Positions 43,029-56,064 of a stretch of DNA of 64,000 nucleotides are shown piece by piece; the stretch's first letter is position 1; every line of letters begins with the position of its first letter. The notes beneath the pieces are model-generated. The model made no database searches. It saw only the letters and a list, made by a program, of their open reading frames with translations, and had not been told where the DNA came from. Position numbers and translations under genes: made by a program. Source of the stretch: Strigamia acuminata (lineage: Eukaryota); NCBI GenBank assembly GCA_949358305.1, contig OX442314.1, forward strand, positions 3,224,001 to 3,288,000, given 5' to 3'.

Positions 43029-43277
43029 CGTAAGAGGTTAGAGGTTAGGTTAGGTTAGGTTAGATTAGCCCGACACTTTTACAGCTAACCTTTTACCTTT
43101 ACATCGCGAGAGGTTAGAGGTTAGGTTAGGTTAGGTTAGCTTAGGTTAGGTTAGCCCGACGCTTTTACGGCTAAAATATTCGAATGCCAAAATATATTTC
43201 AAATGTCGGTTGTGGAGTAGAAATGAAGTTTAACATGGGATCCTATGGGGTCCAGTCCCCTACTTTTTACTACAACA
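43029..43277 (-). repeat. Right TIR of the Polinton with (TTAGG)n tracts
   Basis: Reverse complement of 785-1033; ends ...CTACAACA followed by the TSD ACACTG. Confidence 0.95.
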
Positions 43278-43644
43278 ACACTGGCCTGATCAAACAATGC
43301 AAAAAACACCACCCAAAACACCGTATCTATTAAAGAATGCGCGCCGGCAGGCTGCTTAGCGCATTTACCCGGTGCTTCACTGCAGCACATCAACGCCATT
43401 TTTTTTCTCGGTTTTTCATGTTTTTCACCTCGTTTTAACTCGTTTTTATCATTTTTTTTATGATTTCTTAATTTTTTTTTCATTTTTAAATCGTTTTTTT
43501 ACGGCTTTTAATGTTTTTTTCCCATTTTTTTTCCATTTTTTGATGATTTTTTAGGTTTTTTTTTAAGTTTTAATTGGTTTTTCATGGTTTTTAATATTTT
43601 TATTGGTTTTAATGTGTGTTTTATGATCTTTTACGTGTTTTTCC

Positions 43645-44087
43645 AGAAGACACAAGATTCTCATGTGAAATTCTCATGTTTATGAGTTTTTGAATTTCGA
43701 CCTTATTCATATAAAAATTTAGAGTTTCGACCTTATTCATGAATAAGGTCGACCTTATACATATTTCGACCTTATTCATGAATAAGATAGAAACAGCATT
43801 TCGACCTTAGTCCTTTCGACCCTAGTCATTTCTGTATATGTAATTTCAACTTTAATCATTTCGCCCAGGGATGGGATACTTGGGTCGAAATTAATAAGGT
43901 CAAAACAGGATTTCAACCTTATTCATTTCGACCTTAGTATGAAATCCCACCGACTCAAATCGGGGGTCGACCGACTCGAATCGGGGGTCGACCGACTCGA
44001 ATCGGGGGTCGACCGACTCAAATCGGGGGTCGACCGACTCGAATCGGGAGTCGACCGACTCGAATCGGGGGTGGACCGACTCGAATC
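43645..44087. mobile_element. Second copy of the flanking MITE family with a 21-bp tandem array, cut by Copia D
   Basis: Matches 69-558; (GAATCGGGGGTCGACCGACTC) about 6.5 times at 43950-44087. Confidence 0.7.
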
Positions 44088-45242
44088 TGTTGTTTATCGA
44101 TGGCAAACAGTCCTCCGTACTTGTTCTGCGCATTTCTAGTGTTTTCCTGCATCAAGCAGTGTTTTGTATTTATTTAGACTTTAAGTTATTATTTAGCACT
44201 GGGCATAATGCTGCCCCTATCAGTATTATATAAGTTTATTTGCGAATTTGCGATAAATTTTCTATTTGCAGATTTCCGCGACAATTTTCGTCTTTAGAAC
44301 GTTCGAGACGACACGCTGACGTTCTCTAGTAGTCTGGATTACCGGCACTACGATTGTTTATTTAATTTTGTTCGAATTTCCGTGGGATTCGCGATTTTCG
44401 AAACGAATTTTGTGTATTTTCAGATTTTCGCCGTTTTCCAACGAGAATCAACGTTGGAAACCCATTTTACACAGCGTGAACGACGATTTGGACTAATTCC
44501 CGACTTAGTACACCGTGTACGGTCGTTGTATCGACGATTTTTCTCGAAGAAACGACGATTTTCGACGATTTTCGCATTTAAATGCGCAACTACGCCATTT
44601 TCATCTCTAGATTGGCGCAACGTCTCATCATACTAATTAAAAATTGCTTTTCAGTTGTCGTAATTAGCTTGTTAGTATTTAAGGTCGTATTAAGTTTTTG
44701 TGTGTCCCTTAGAATAGTTTGTGCCCTTCGGTTCAGTCGAACCACCGCACACACTCATTCCTAGCCAGTGCTTACCGCGGCCAACAGGTACTCCCGCGCC
44801 TCCAGGTAGGCGAACGGACCACTGTGTGTTGGCTGGCTAGGGTTATCTGACCACTTCAGAAGTGGTTGCCCAATTCGATTGATATCCGCTTTGACAGTGC
44901 TTCGATCAGTACGCCATATTGGTGTTGTTCAACGCGATATCGTGCTACGAGACCGTCAAGTGCTCCAATCGTACTGTAAAATATCCCAAACTTGGGATCA
45001 GCTGACCCGAAATTACCAAGACACAACTACAAGCTCTAGTTAACTTCAAGTGATTTTATTACAAAACAATTCCTCTATATATATCGCATTGGCCAGCTCT
45101 GATTGGCTGACCTTAAAGCACAGCCCCCAATTGGCTAATTACCCCCAAAACGTCTGTCGGACATATTCTTGTATGTCCGCCCGCCCTCTGGCGATCGTTA
45201 TCGCCCGTCAAACCCCGAAAAACTCTACACTCGGTCATCCGA

Positions 45243-46351
45243 CTAATTGTCGGCGTCCCCGCCGACACCCGTTAACTCATCTTCGGCTCCTGATGCTGCG
45301 TCGTCCTCAAATGCCCACCTCTTCATTTGGTCGATTGGTGCAGTCGTTGTGTATCGAGGCGGGTTCTCGAGACTCGTAATCTCATACACTGTGCTCGAAA
45401 TCCGTCGGCTTACTCGTAGTGGTCCTCGATACAAATTACTCAGCTTTCCCGCCTTGCTTTGTATGGCGATCGCTTTTCTTCGTACGACGACTATATCTCC
45501 GACCTCGTATGTCCGATTCGGTCCTCGATGTTTGTCGAACGCCTTCTTCTGTTTGATCTGGTTTGTTGTTAGTGTCTCGTACGCTTCGTTTCTTACGTCT
45601 TCAATTTCCGTTTCGTCCCCATCGTTTTCTTCGACCACTATCGCTGCTAATCTTGGCTCAACGATTGTTCTCGGCTGGAATCCGTACAACACTTCCATCG
45701 GTGTTTTCTTGGTCGACTGGTTGATTCTCGAGTTGATCGCGATTTCGACCTTGTCAATCCCCTTACTCCAGTCACTTCCATCGTCCTTCGTCGTCTGGCT
45801 TGCCAACATCGGAATTATCGTTCGATTCATTCTTTCTACTTGCCCGTTTGTCGCCGCATCATCTTGGGTAGGTACAACACATCCTTTCGTCGTCCGTTCG
45901 TTATTAATTCGAAGTAAACGTGCCCTCGCTTGATCTTGTACCCTCGGCTCTTGTGCCGCATCCGCTCGTCCACTAAATCTTGGTCGTCGGCTAATAACGC
46001 GTCTTTCAATTCCTTACATTCGGGATCACTTTCCTGCGCGGCCACGAGCCAATCGCCTTCTGCAAACTTGATTTGGTTAATTTTAAACCGTCGCTTCATC
46101 TCTGTCTCCCCGTCGCTCGCTGGTTCTGCGTTTCTACTCAGGGCGTCGACATGCCCCATAAGCAATCCCGGCCGATGTATCGCTTTGAAATTGTATTCCG
46201 AAAGCGCCAATACCCATCTCCCGATTCGTGGCGTTAATTCACGTTTCTTCAGTCCGTATCGTACCGCTTCGCAATCTGTCACCACTGTAAATTCCGCGCC
46301 ATACAGATACATCCGAAACTTCAATACCGCCCAAACCACTGCCATTAACTC
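45243..46351 (-). pseudogene. Gypsy RNase H C-terminus and integrase with the HHCC/N-terminal core deleted
   Basis: VVTDC and HVDALSR, then a jump to ATNGQVERMNRT and a GPY/F-like YRGP; no zinc finger or first two Asp residues. Confidence 0.85.
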
Positions 46352-46705
46352 TGTTGAGTTTTAATTGTGAACTCATGCAGATAGTTTAGTTGCTGCAGTG
46401 GATTGGAAAAGTTAACAGGTGAAATAATGAGACGCCATCTTTGCAGGTGAGAAACATAACATCAAGTGAAGTTTTATTAGCTTGTCACGTGACTCTTTTA
46501 CAACAAGCGCCACCTTTAGGCAGCATATATAAATAATATGTAAACAAACATTGTGTTTGTTTACAAAAGCAAACATAAACAAAGTGCAAACTAAAGAGCG
46601 CATTATCACTTGTTAATACGATCTAGAGATATGTATATTATGCATGGCAATGATATATCATATCCTAACAATCGGCCCCCTCGTATTCACAAGTATTCAA
46701 GACAG

Positions 46706-49588
46706 TTAGACCAATGAGGAAGCAATTATAACAGGTATGCACACGTCAAGATGATTAGCTTCAAAATTAAAGCTCAAATCGTCTGCTGCTGCATTTGATT
46801 CAGAAATCTTTATCTCCCTCTTGTCCTTGAAAAGATGTTCTGGGACTGGAAAGTTATATTGAGCACAATAACGCTTTACGTCTGGTATTGAGCGCAACTT
46901 AGGTGTGTCATATCCCTCGATCGTGTAGTCGATATCCCTCTGTCCAGTTGGTCTCATCTTCTCTATTTTCTTCCAAACAAGCGGAGGTATAGTCCGAACT
47001 GGATCTGGAACTTCTCCCCTCGCTTGTGGTGCGACCGCTGGCAGGTTCGCTTGAAGTTTTTGATCTTCAAATCTAAACTTCGATTTAATAGGATGATATA
47101 TCTCGTCTACTTCCTTCTTAAGCGGTTGTGGTGGTGGGAGCGGCGGCCTGACGCCCTCATCCGAGTTGTGCTGACGATCGTCGTTGTCGTCCTGATTATC
47201 GTTTAACTTGTCAATAAAAGTCGTGCATTTTTCCGGTAGGCCCAGCACGCCTTCAACTCCGCGCCTGCTTTCCACAAATTTAACATCGCTTGTTTCAATG
47301 ACTTTAGAGAATTCTGGTAGCCATACACGATATCCTTTGGTGATCCTGGAATATCCAAGCATGATCCCGTGCAAACCTTTGTCATTCATCTTTCCATCTC
47401 GTACTCTCTTTTGCACGAAGCATAGACTTCCGAATTTCTTTAAATGTCGGAGTGATGGTTTGCGTCCATAGTATAATTCCATCGGGGTTTTGTTCGAATT
47501 TAACTTGGCTATTCTGTTCCTAAGGTAATTAAAAGTGAGAATGGCTTCTCCCCAAAATCTGTGTTCCAATTTTGCGTCGTACACAAGGGCTCGCATCCCA
47601 TTTGTCAACGTTTGGTTTAATCTTTCCGATACGCCATTTTGGGCAGGCGTGTACGCGTTGGTCCTCTCGTGGATGATGCCTAGTCCCTCGAGGTATTCTC
47701 CAAATTTGTTCAAACAAAATTCCATTCCATTGTCTGTCCGTACAGCTAGAACTGATTTCCCAAGTAATCTTTCGATTCGTTTCACGTGTTTTTGAAAAAT
47801 CTCGAATACCTCGTCCTTTTTCTTCATGAGGTATAGTGTGGAATAACGTGAGAAATCGTCGGTAATGGTGAGGAAATACTTATTTCCTGACAGTGTCGCT
47901 GTCCCAAAAGCCCCGCATACATCCATGTGCAGAAGTTGTAACGGTTCTGTCGACCTAATTCCTGGCAGCGATTTGTGAGACACGGCCTTCTTCTTTGCTA
48001 ACGTGCAGACGTCACATTGTGTAATTGGCACGTCTAGTATTGGCAGTCCAATTACTGCATCTCGCTTGCTCATCTCTTGCACGCTTGGAAAGTGGATATG
48101 CCCAAGTCGCTCGTGCCACAACCTCGCTTCCTCTGGATTGGATGTCCTTTTAGTTGAGCTGGTTAATTCTTGGTTTTGTTGCTTGCTCGTATTCGCCTTG
48201 TTGTTTTCTTTCAGTTTAGACTTCTCAATGTCGGGTTTCAAATCACTTGTTTTCACATGATAAAGTCTATCCTTTTTGATTGCCTCCATCAGTTGTCTCT
48301 TCCATTGTGGATCGTAAATTTTAACTAATCCCGAGCCAATAGCAACTTTGCATCTCGCTTCATCGATGCAAGGTCCCGATAGTAGATTTTTTCTTAAATC
48401 TGGTGCGTAATAAACTTTCTTCAATGTGACTGGGATTGTGTCGTTTCTCACCAAACACATTACGCATACATCTCCAACGCCTTGGGTTTCTATTAATGTT
48501 TTCTTATCCGCTTGGCTTATGGTTCCCGTTGTTTCTTTGAAGTTCAAGAATTGATTTCTGTCCTTGCAGAAATGTCCTGTGGCCCCGGTGTCGTAAATCC
48601 AGTGATTGTTCGCTGTACTGCTCTGCAGTATCTCTTCCTCGCTTAGTTCAGTGAGGAAACCAACATCCAACATGTTTGTGTCCAATTCTTCGACTGTACT
48701 CGTGTTCTGGTCGTTACTTGGTGTGAACTGGACTGTGCAATCCCTCGCCCAATGGCCCGGTTGGTTGCATCGGAAACACGGCCCCCGTCCCGATGATCCG
48801 GTTGCATTTCCTCTCGTGTTTTTACCGCCTCGGTAATTTGATCGGCCACCTTTTTGTCCGCCTGCAAATCTATGATTGTTTTGGCCATTGTTCCCTTGTT
48901 GTTGGTCGAATTTCGACGAATTGTCATTGTTTTTTGTGTTGGGGGAGCTTTGCCCCATATTAAACGCATCCACAATTGGTCCCTGACCCGAATCACGTTT
49001 TTGTTGCATGAGTCTGCCTTCCTCAGCGACCAATTCAATTTCGACCTTCTCTAGTGTGAAATTAATGTCCTCCCATCGGTAAATTGCCTGAACAATCGAC
49101 TGGTATTCCTGGGGTAAATATCGTATCAGTTGAAATGCTTGATATAAGTCCTCTAGCTTGTGCTTTACATCTGCCAATTTCTTTGCAGCATTTCGAATTT
49201 TTGCGGCGAAAATCCCAATTGTTTCCGTCGCCGGATCGTACTTCAAACTGAAGAATTCGTCCAGCAAACGTATGATTCTCGCCCTCGAAACCGGTTCAAA
49301 GTTCGTTTTTAGCGTATTCCACGCTATTTCCGCGTCCTCAACCCCATTGAGTAGCTCATGGTATTGTTCTTCGATGGAATAGTATATCAAACTAAACGCT
49401 CGTCCCTTCCGCAGCTTGTAATCCGAGCGGTCGCGCCACGACGCTTCTGGTGCCGGAGCTTCTTCAGTTCCATCAGTGAAGGCCCAACATCCGTGGTGCA
49501 TGAGGAGAACCTTAATTTGTTGTTTCCACGCATCGTAATTGTCTCTATTCAATAGTGTGACTTTTCTCTCCAATTTGTCCGACTCCAT
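46706..49588 (-). CDS. Copia E Gag-PR-IN-MBD-like ORF without RT
   Basis: Open from MESDKLE through gag, CCHC, YDTGA, the integrase DDE and the MBD-like segment; stops just before the PPT. Confidence 0.9.
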   Translation of the reverse strand: MESDKLERKVTLLNRDNYDAWKQQIKVLLMHHGCWAFTDGTEEAPAPEASWRDRSDYKLRKGRAFSLIYYSIEEQYHELLNGVEDAEIAWNTLKTNFEPVSRARIIRLLDEFFSLKYDPATETIGIFAAKIRNAAKKLADVKHKLEDLYQAFQLIRYLPQEYQSIVQAIYRWEDINFTLEKVEIELVAEEGRLMQQKRDSGQGPIVDAFNMGQSSPNTKNNDNSSKFDQQQGNNGQNNHRFAGGQKGGRSNYRGGKNTRGNATGSSGRGPCFRCNQPGHWARDCTVQFTPSNDQNTSTVEELDTNMLDVGFLTELSEEEILQSSTANNHWIYDTGATGHFCKDRNQFLNFKETTGTISQADKKTLIETQGVGDVCVMCLVRNDTIPVTLKKVYYAPDLRKNLLSGPCIDEARCKVAIGSGLVKIYDPQWKRQLMEAIKKDRLYHVKTSDLKPDIEKSKLKENNKANTSKQQNQELTSSTKRTSNPEEARLWHERLGHIHFPSVQEMSKRDAVIGLPILDVPITQCDVCTLAKKKAVSHKSLPGIRSTEPLQLLHMDVCGAFGTATLSGNKYFLTITDDFSRYSTLYLMKKKDEVFEIFQKHVKRIERLLGKSVLAVRTDNGMEFCLNKFGEYLEGLGIIHERTNAYTPAQNGVSERLNQTLTNGMRALVYDAKLEHRFWGEAILTFNYLRNRIAKLNSNKTPMELYYGRKPSLRHLKKFGSLCFVQKRVRDGKMNDKGLHGIMLGYSRITKGYRVWLPEFSKVIETSDVKFVESRRGVEGVLGLPEKCTTFIDKLNDNQDDNDDRQHNSDEGVRPPLPPPQPLKKEVDEIYHPIKSKFRFEDQKLQANLPAVAPQARGEVPDPVRTIPPLVWKKIEKMRPTGQRDIDYTIEGYDTPKLRSIPDVKRYCAQYNFPVPEHLFKDKREIKISESNAAADDLSFNFEANHLDVCIPVIIASSLV

Positions 49589-49742
49589 CGTGATTTGCAA
49601 TTGAAATAGACTCGAACTTCGTTTCCAAGTCGACACAAACACTAATTTCCCTCAAAAACACTTTGTGTACTGAATACTCGCAACAATGTGCAATGTTGCA
49701 AGGTTAGTTCGCTCTTAGTGTAAGTTAGTATTTATCCTAGTA

Positions 49743-51268
49743 CACCTATGGCCAAAAAAATCTTCACTTGCTCTCACGCTGCTCCAGCTCTAAATGAGCA
49801 GTTCAATTTTCTGCCACCGGCGGCCAGAGCAGTCTACTTTTCCTGGGGGCAACTGTAAGTTTAAATGCAACTAACACTTAGATTTTTAGTGAACTTAAAA
49901 GCAAATTTAGTCGGGTCATTTTACCACGTTTTTGCACACATTTTGCCACGTTTTGGCGCACATTGTGCCAAGTATTTTGCGCACATTTTGCCAAGTTTTT
50001 GCACACATTTTACCACGCTTTTGCACACATTTTGCCACGTTTTGGCACACGTTTTGCCAAAGTTTTGCCAGATTTTAACACGTTTTTGCACACATTTTGC
50101 CAAGTTTTTGCACATATTTTAACACGCTTTTGCACACATTTTGCCAGGTTTTTGCACATATTTTAACATGTTTTTGCACACATTTTGCCACGTTTTGGAA
50201 CATATTTTAACACGCTTTTGCACACATTTTGCCACGTTTTTGCACACATTTTAACACGTTTTTGCACACATTTTGGCATGTTTTGGCACACATTGTGCCA
50301 AGTTTTTGCACACATTTTATCACGTTTTTGCACACATTTTACCACGCTTTTGCACACATTTTGGCACACATTGTGCCAAGTTTTGCCACATTTTAACACG
50401 TTTTCGCACAAAAACGGTGTTTTTCACCAAAAGTAATGTTTTCAACATAACAAAAATGTTTTTTTTAAGCTAAAATGGTGTTTTTTTTACCAAAAATTGT
50501 ATTTTTTTTTGCTGAAAATAGGGTTTTTTGAATTTTAAATTGTTTTTTGCGCAAAAAATTTTTTTTTTGCCCAAAAAACCTGGTCCTGTTTAAGTGGAAT
50601 TGGAATGATATTTATTTAATGTTCACATCAAACTGTATAGAAAGAGAAATTCATTATAAAAACAAATAATAAACCTGAAAATCTAGTAATAGTTTTATTT
50701 TATTGAAAGAAGCAAATTCTAAAATAAAATAAATTTTTTAATTTGAAAAGTTTGTTATTATTTGAAATCACAACTTTTCTTAGGAAACGAATAAAAAGGT
50801 GGTAAAATGTCTGCAAAAACTTGGTAAATTGTGTGCCAAAACATGATAAAATGTGTACAAAAACGTGGTAAAATGCATGCAAAAATTTGGCAAAATGTGT
50901 GCAAAAACGTGGCAAAATGTGTGCAAAAACGTGTTAAACTGTGGCAAAACTTTGGCAAAACGTGTGCCAAAACGTGGCAAAATGTGTGCAAAAACGTGGT
51001 AAAATGTGTGCAAAAACTTGGCAAAATGTGCGCCAAAACGTGGCAAAATGTGTGCAAAAACGTGTTAAAATATGTGCAAAAACTTGGTAAAATGACCCGA
51101 CTAAATTTGCTTTTAAGTTCACTAAAAATCTAAGTGTTAGTTGCATTTAAACTTGCAGTTGACCCCAGGAAAAGTAGACTGCTCTGGCCGCCGGTGGCGG
51201 AAAATTGAACTGCTCATTTAGAGCTGGAGCAGCGTGAGAGCAAGTGAAGATTTTTTTGCCCATAGGTG
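49743..51268. mobile_element. Foldback-like non-autonomous DNA transposon with modular TIRs
   Basis: TA|CACCTATGG...CCATAGGTG|TA; about 180 bp of unique TIR plus inverted arrays of about 11-bp TTTTGCACACA/TTTTGCCACG units. Confidence 0.9.
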
Positions 51269-52408
51269 TACAACACTAAGCTAGCAATGCAAAAATATAA
51301 TAATTTCAAAAATATAACGAAAATATTCAATAATGATGTCTTCCAGACGTTTCTAGTTGTGTTTGTTGTTGAATTTTGGAGCCGACAATTGTCCTTTCTT
51401 GTTGATTTTTTGTGTTGTGTGCGTCCCGCAAATTGTTCGCCAATTGTCCGTCGTTTTTCAGCTCCTCGCCGCTTATTCGTCTCCAAAAACTCGATTTACA
51501 CTTCCCGTGTAGTTGGCGAGAAATACCGTCTCTGTGCGGCTCCCGTAGAATTGTAGAAATTATCCAACGTCCAACGCTGATATCGTTCGTAAATAAATCC
51601 ACTTTATCCAGTTATTCCCGGCCGTTTCACCTTTGTTTTCGTCCGTTTTCGTCCGTTTTTCGCCTCGTTGGATTCTCGTGTCGTCGCAATTCCGTTCACA
51701 CTTCACGTGTGGTTGTTGGGAAATTGCCGCCTGCTCGTAGCACACGCCGAATCGTTTCCCGCACGTAAACACTAATGATACGTCGACGACGCGTATCGCT
51801 TCCCCGCAATACTCGAAAATTGTCCAACAAATAATAATAGAATAACGAATTAATGAAATGTTTTATGTTTTTCGAACCCCTTATTGTTCCTGCACTCCTT
51901 GGTGGCCAATTGCTGCTTGAAAACCTCGAACATTCTCGTTGTAGTGGCACAAACACAAGCTGGCATTTCTCCTCATGGGCGCCGCCATTTTGGATGACTG
52001 GAGTAAAATCCACTAGTGACCTCCAAATGCTTGAAATTCTCACAAATCACCCTGAAAGTTTTTCCCTGCTTTGTATAGGCCCATAACCTTGTTGAGTTTT
52101 AATTGTGAACTCATGCAGATAGTTTAGTTGCTGCAGTGGATTGGAAAAGTTAACAGGTGAAATAATGAGACGCCATCTTTGCAGGTGAGAAACATAACAT
52201 CAAGTGAAGTTTTATTAGCTTGTCACGTGACTCTTTTACAACAAGCGCCACCTTTAGGCAGCATATATAAATAATATGTAAACAAACATTGTGTTTGTTT
52301 ACAAAAGCAAACATAAACAAAGTGCAAACTAAAGAGCGCATTATCACTTGTTAATACGATCTAGAGATATGTATATTATGCATGGCAATGATATATCATA
52401 TCCTAACA

Positions 52409-55400
52409 AACTCGAGCTCCGTTGAATGGTATCGCTTCTCGCATTCGGTCGTCGTTCTACTCGCGTAGATAATCGGATGCAGGTCGTTTCCTTCGCCTCG
52501 CTGCATTAATACTGCTCCGATCCCATCTTGTGATGCGTCCGTATGTACTTCGCACGGTCGCGTATTATCGTAGATTCTCAACACTGGCTCCGCGATTAAT
52601 TCTTCAATCAGCCCCCGAAACGCCGCTTCACACTCATTCGTCCATACAAACGTTTCGTTCTTCCGAGTCAGTTTCGTTAACGCTCTCGTTTTTGTCGCAT
52701 ATCCCGCGATAAATCGTCGGAAGTATCCGCACAATCCTAGGAAACTCCTCACTCCGCGTACGTCTTTTGGCTTCGCGAAATTTCTGATTGCGCTCGCCTT
52801 CTCGAATCCTGGTCGTAGGCCGTCCTTCGTCAGTCGCAACCCAAGAAATTGCACCTCCTCGCAGAGAAAGTGGCACTTGCTCAATTTTAACGTCAGCTTC
52901 GATCTTCTCACCTCGATCAAGATCTTCCGCATTTTCTCGATTAGCTCCATGTTCGTTTTTGCCCCCGATAGAAGATCGTCCATATATCTGCGTAGCACCT
53001 CGTACGGCAAATGTCCGAACGCCAACTCCATCACTCGGTTGAAAATAAACAGAGCGTTTATCAATCCAAACGGCATTCGCACAAACTGATATTTCCCGTT
53101 CATTGTCGAGAACGCCGTCTTTTCTTGCGCTTCTGCCGTCAATTCGATCTGGTAGTAGCCCGACGCCAAATCGAACACTAGGAAGACTTGCCACTCGTGC
53201 GTTCCGTCGAGTAGCTCATCCATTCTTGGACATGGAAAGTGCTCCTTCACCGTGATCTCGTTAAGCGATCTGAAGTCGATACAAATCCTCCACTCGCCGG
53301 TTTTCTTACGCACCATCACGATTGGACTGTTGAATGGGCTTTTTGATCGCGTCACGAATCCCGCTCCTTCCAGCTCGGCGACCATTTTGTCGATTTCTTT
53401 CTGTTGCGCCGCCGAATACTGATAGCGTCGCAAATTCGTCGGTCTCGTCGTTGTTACTTCGATATCCATTTTGAGATCTGGAAAACATCCGACCTCCTCC
53501 AAACTCGTTGCGAAACAGTCCCGAAATTCGTCGTTGATCATCGTCAATATGATCTCTTTCTCTCCCGGCGTAACTGACTTGCCCAAATTAATTTCGTCGG
53601 CTGTTATTCGCATCTTCGGACTTGCCTCGGTCGTCGCGACTTTCTTGACTTGTACTTGGCGCAACGACGGTTCGTCTTCGGTGATTTCAACGTGCCCAAG
53701 CTTTCGACCTCGTGTGACTCGTACTTCTTCTGGTCCGTTGTTGATTATCGGCATCGTTGCCCGCTCGTTCTTCACTTCAATCAGGCCTTCCGGTACTTCT
53801 AATCGATCCGTCGCCGCGTGTTCGTTTTCTACGTAAAACAACCCGTCCAACTGACTCTTCGCTCGTACCGTCACCAAACTTATCGAGTGGGCTGGTACCA
53901 CTTTGTTTTCGTCGATCACGAGCGCTCGCGGCTTTGCTGCAGTGATCTGTGGCTCGATTCTTGTAATTCCTGATTCGTCTTGCATCCCTTCCCTCGGTCT
54001 GAACGTTACGTAACCTCCGTCGGATTGCATCGTGATCGTCGGGTGTTTCAAGAATGGTTTCCCTATCCAGACTTCCGTCGGCATTCTGGCGTCGTCAACC
54101 ACGTAGAACTCGACACCCGCCAATTTCACGTTTGCGCTTTCTACATCACATCTCGTTCGCCCGCGGTAGCGACTTGCGTCCTGATTGAATCCTTCGATCA
54201 CGTATTCGTAGTCCGGCTCCTCGATCTTCGTACGTTGCAAAAACGTCTTACTAATTAGACACACGGCGCTTTGCGTATCGATTCCCGCGCTGCATTTTTT
54301 TCCATCGACCCACATCATGGTCTCGAATTCTGGCTGCATCTCCTCGGCTTTGATTTTGTAAATCTTCTTCGTTTTAACGTCCAACTTGTCCTTCGATGGC
54401 TGCTTCCGCTCTTTCTTCGGTTCTGGACACGCGTTTGCCATGTGCCCAAATCCGCTACAATTGAAACATTTTGTCCCGTTTGGACACGCGTTCGCTAAAT
54501 GTCCCGACTCGTGACACTTAAAACACTTCAACTCGTTTGGACAGTCTCCCTTCTGGTGCCCCTTCTCGCCGCACTTGAAACATTTGAACCCAGCGTTGTA
54601 TTCTTTTCCGATCGGCTTCGCTGCAGACGTCTTTCCTTTCGTTTCGACGATCGTGCTTTTGGTCCGCGCTTCCACGCCTCGCATCGTCCGAACGATCTCG
54701 CTGATATGTTGGTACTGGAGAAAATACATTGGTGCCGTTGCGGTCCTAAGTTTTAACCCGTCCAGTAAATAGTCCTGCGCGTCCCCGATCGTCATTCCCA
54801 ACTTTTCACACGTGGCCCATTTTTGTCGCAAATAGGTTTCGGCTGTCTCGTCGTTCTTCTGTGGCGCCCGAATCAGTCTTTCCTTTTCCTCGTACGTCAA
54901 TCGTTGATCCGGAAAGTTCTTTTTCAGCTCGGCCTCCCACTCGTCAAATTTCCGTATCGTCGTTCCGGAATTTTCGTGCCACACCTTCGCTGGTCCGTCC
55001 AGCGCTGCTGCCGCCGTCGTCACTTTGGTCGTGTTCGTCCAGTTGTACTCCTTGGCGTACTCGTTGACGCTTTCTAACCACCGTGTTGTCGTGCGTAGCT
55101 CGTTCTGGTCTCTCGAAAATCGTGGCAGTTTCGGCGCATTCTTCACTTCTTTCTTTTCTTTCGGCTTTTCCGGTTTTTGCTGCAAGACCTGGATCGTCTT
55201 CATCATCTCCATCATCATCTTCATCATTTGTTCCGGGTTCGTCCCTCCGTCTGCCAGCGCTACTACCGGTGCGTTCTCTTCTATCTTCGGATCGTTGTCT
55301 TCTACTTTTTCTTCGTCGTTCTCTTCGTCCTCTTCCTCTTCGTCTTCTTCTTCTTGGTTTACGTCGGCTTCGGTGAGCTTTAGCTCCGCAAGTACGGCTT

Positions 55401-55560
55401 GTCGTAACATGCTTACCATCTCATCTCTTCGTCTTGTCGGCACAATCTTCCGCGTAGCCAATAGTGGCTTAATATCTTTGATCCTCAACTTGTTCCACTC
55501 GGCTTCTGTCGGAAATTCTCCTCGTCGAATTTTCGCTACAACTGCTGTTACTCCGGCCAT
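52409..55560 (-). CDS. Gypsy Gag-PR-RT-RNase H(N) polyprotein, interrupted by Copia E
   Basis: Three CCHC knuckles, IDTQS, RMPFGL, YMDD, HTDAS; rejoins as YHSTELELMAVVWA after Copia removal. Confidence 0.92.
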
Positions 55561-56064
55561 CGTAATTCGTCTAACCTTCGTAACGCGTGTTTATTCGGCG
55601 AATCGTCTCTCGTTTCCCGAACCGTCCACGCGTTATTTGCTAACCCGAATTCCGTTTCCGTTGCCAAAAACAGTCGTCGCCTCTTACTTCTTCTACTTTA
55701 TCGTCTACTTTATCGTCTATCGTCGCATCGAATTCTTCTATCCCACTTCTGATGTAAACTATCCCAAACTTGGGATCAGCTGACCCGAAATTACCAAGAC
55801 ACAACTACAAGCTCTAGTTAACTTCAAGTGATTTTATTACAAAACAATTCCTCTATATATATCGCATTGGCCAGCTCTGATTGGCTGACCTTAAAGCACA
55901 GCCCCCAATTGGCTAATTACCCCCAAAACGTCTGTCGGACATATTCTTGTATGTCCGCCCGCCCTCTGGCGATCGTTATCGCCCGTCAAACCCCGAAAAA
56001 CTCTACAGTACCATTCTCAATCCAGTGTGTTTTGCTACGAATAGTTTCGTAACTTCACGTCATC

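Larger units (their letters stand above)
785..43277. mobile_element. Complete Polinton/Maverick (endogenous polintovirus), about 17.2 kb net of nested insertions
   Basis: TIRs 785-1033 and 43029-43277; 6-bp TSD ACACTG at 779-784 and 43278-43283; contains pPolB, integrase, ATPase, proteases, MCP, mCP and PLA2. Confidence 0.97.
46352..52408 (-). mobile_element. Copia E (relative of Copia C), RT/RNase H deleted, nested in the Gypsy RNase H
   Basis: 319-bp LTRs 46352-46670 and 52090-52408 (apparently identical); TSD AACTC; PBS AGGTTATGGGCC; PPT GAGGGGGCCGAT. Confidence 0.95.
44975..56007 (-). mobile_element. Gypsy LTR retrotransposon, mdg3-like; contains nested Copia E
   Basis: 255-bp LTRs 44975-45229 and 55753-56007 (1 difference seen); 4-bp TSD GTAC; PBS TCAGAAGTGGGAT; PPT-like GGATGACCGAG. 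Confidence 0.95.

Noticed and set aside
43950..44087. 21-bp repeat array as a CRISPR array
   Set aside because: The units are contiguous with no spacers, there are no cas genes, and the context is a eukaryotic MITE.
49865..51146. Many Cys/His/Phe-rich ORFs
   Set aside because: They are translations of the 11-bp tandem arrays in the foldback element.
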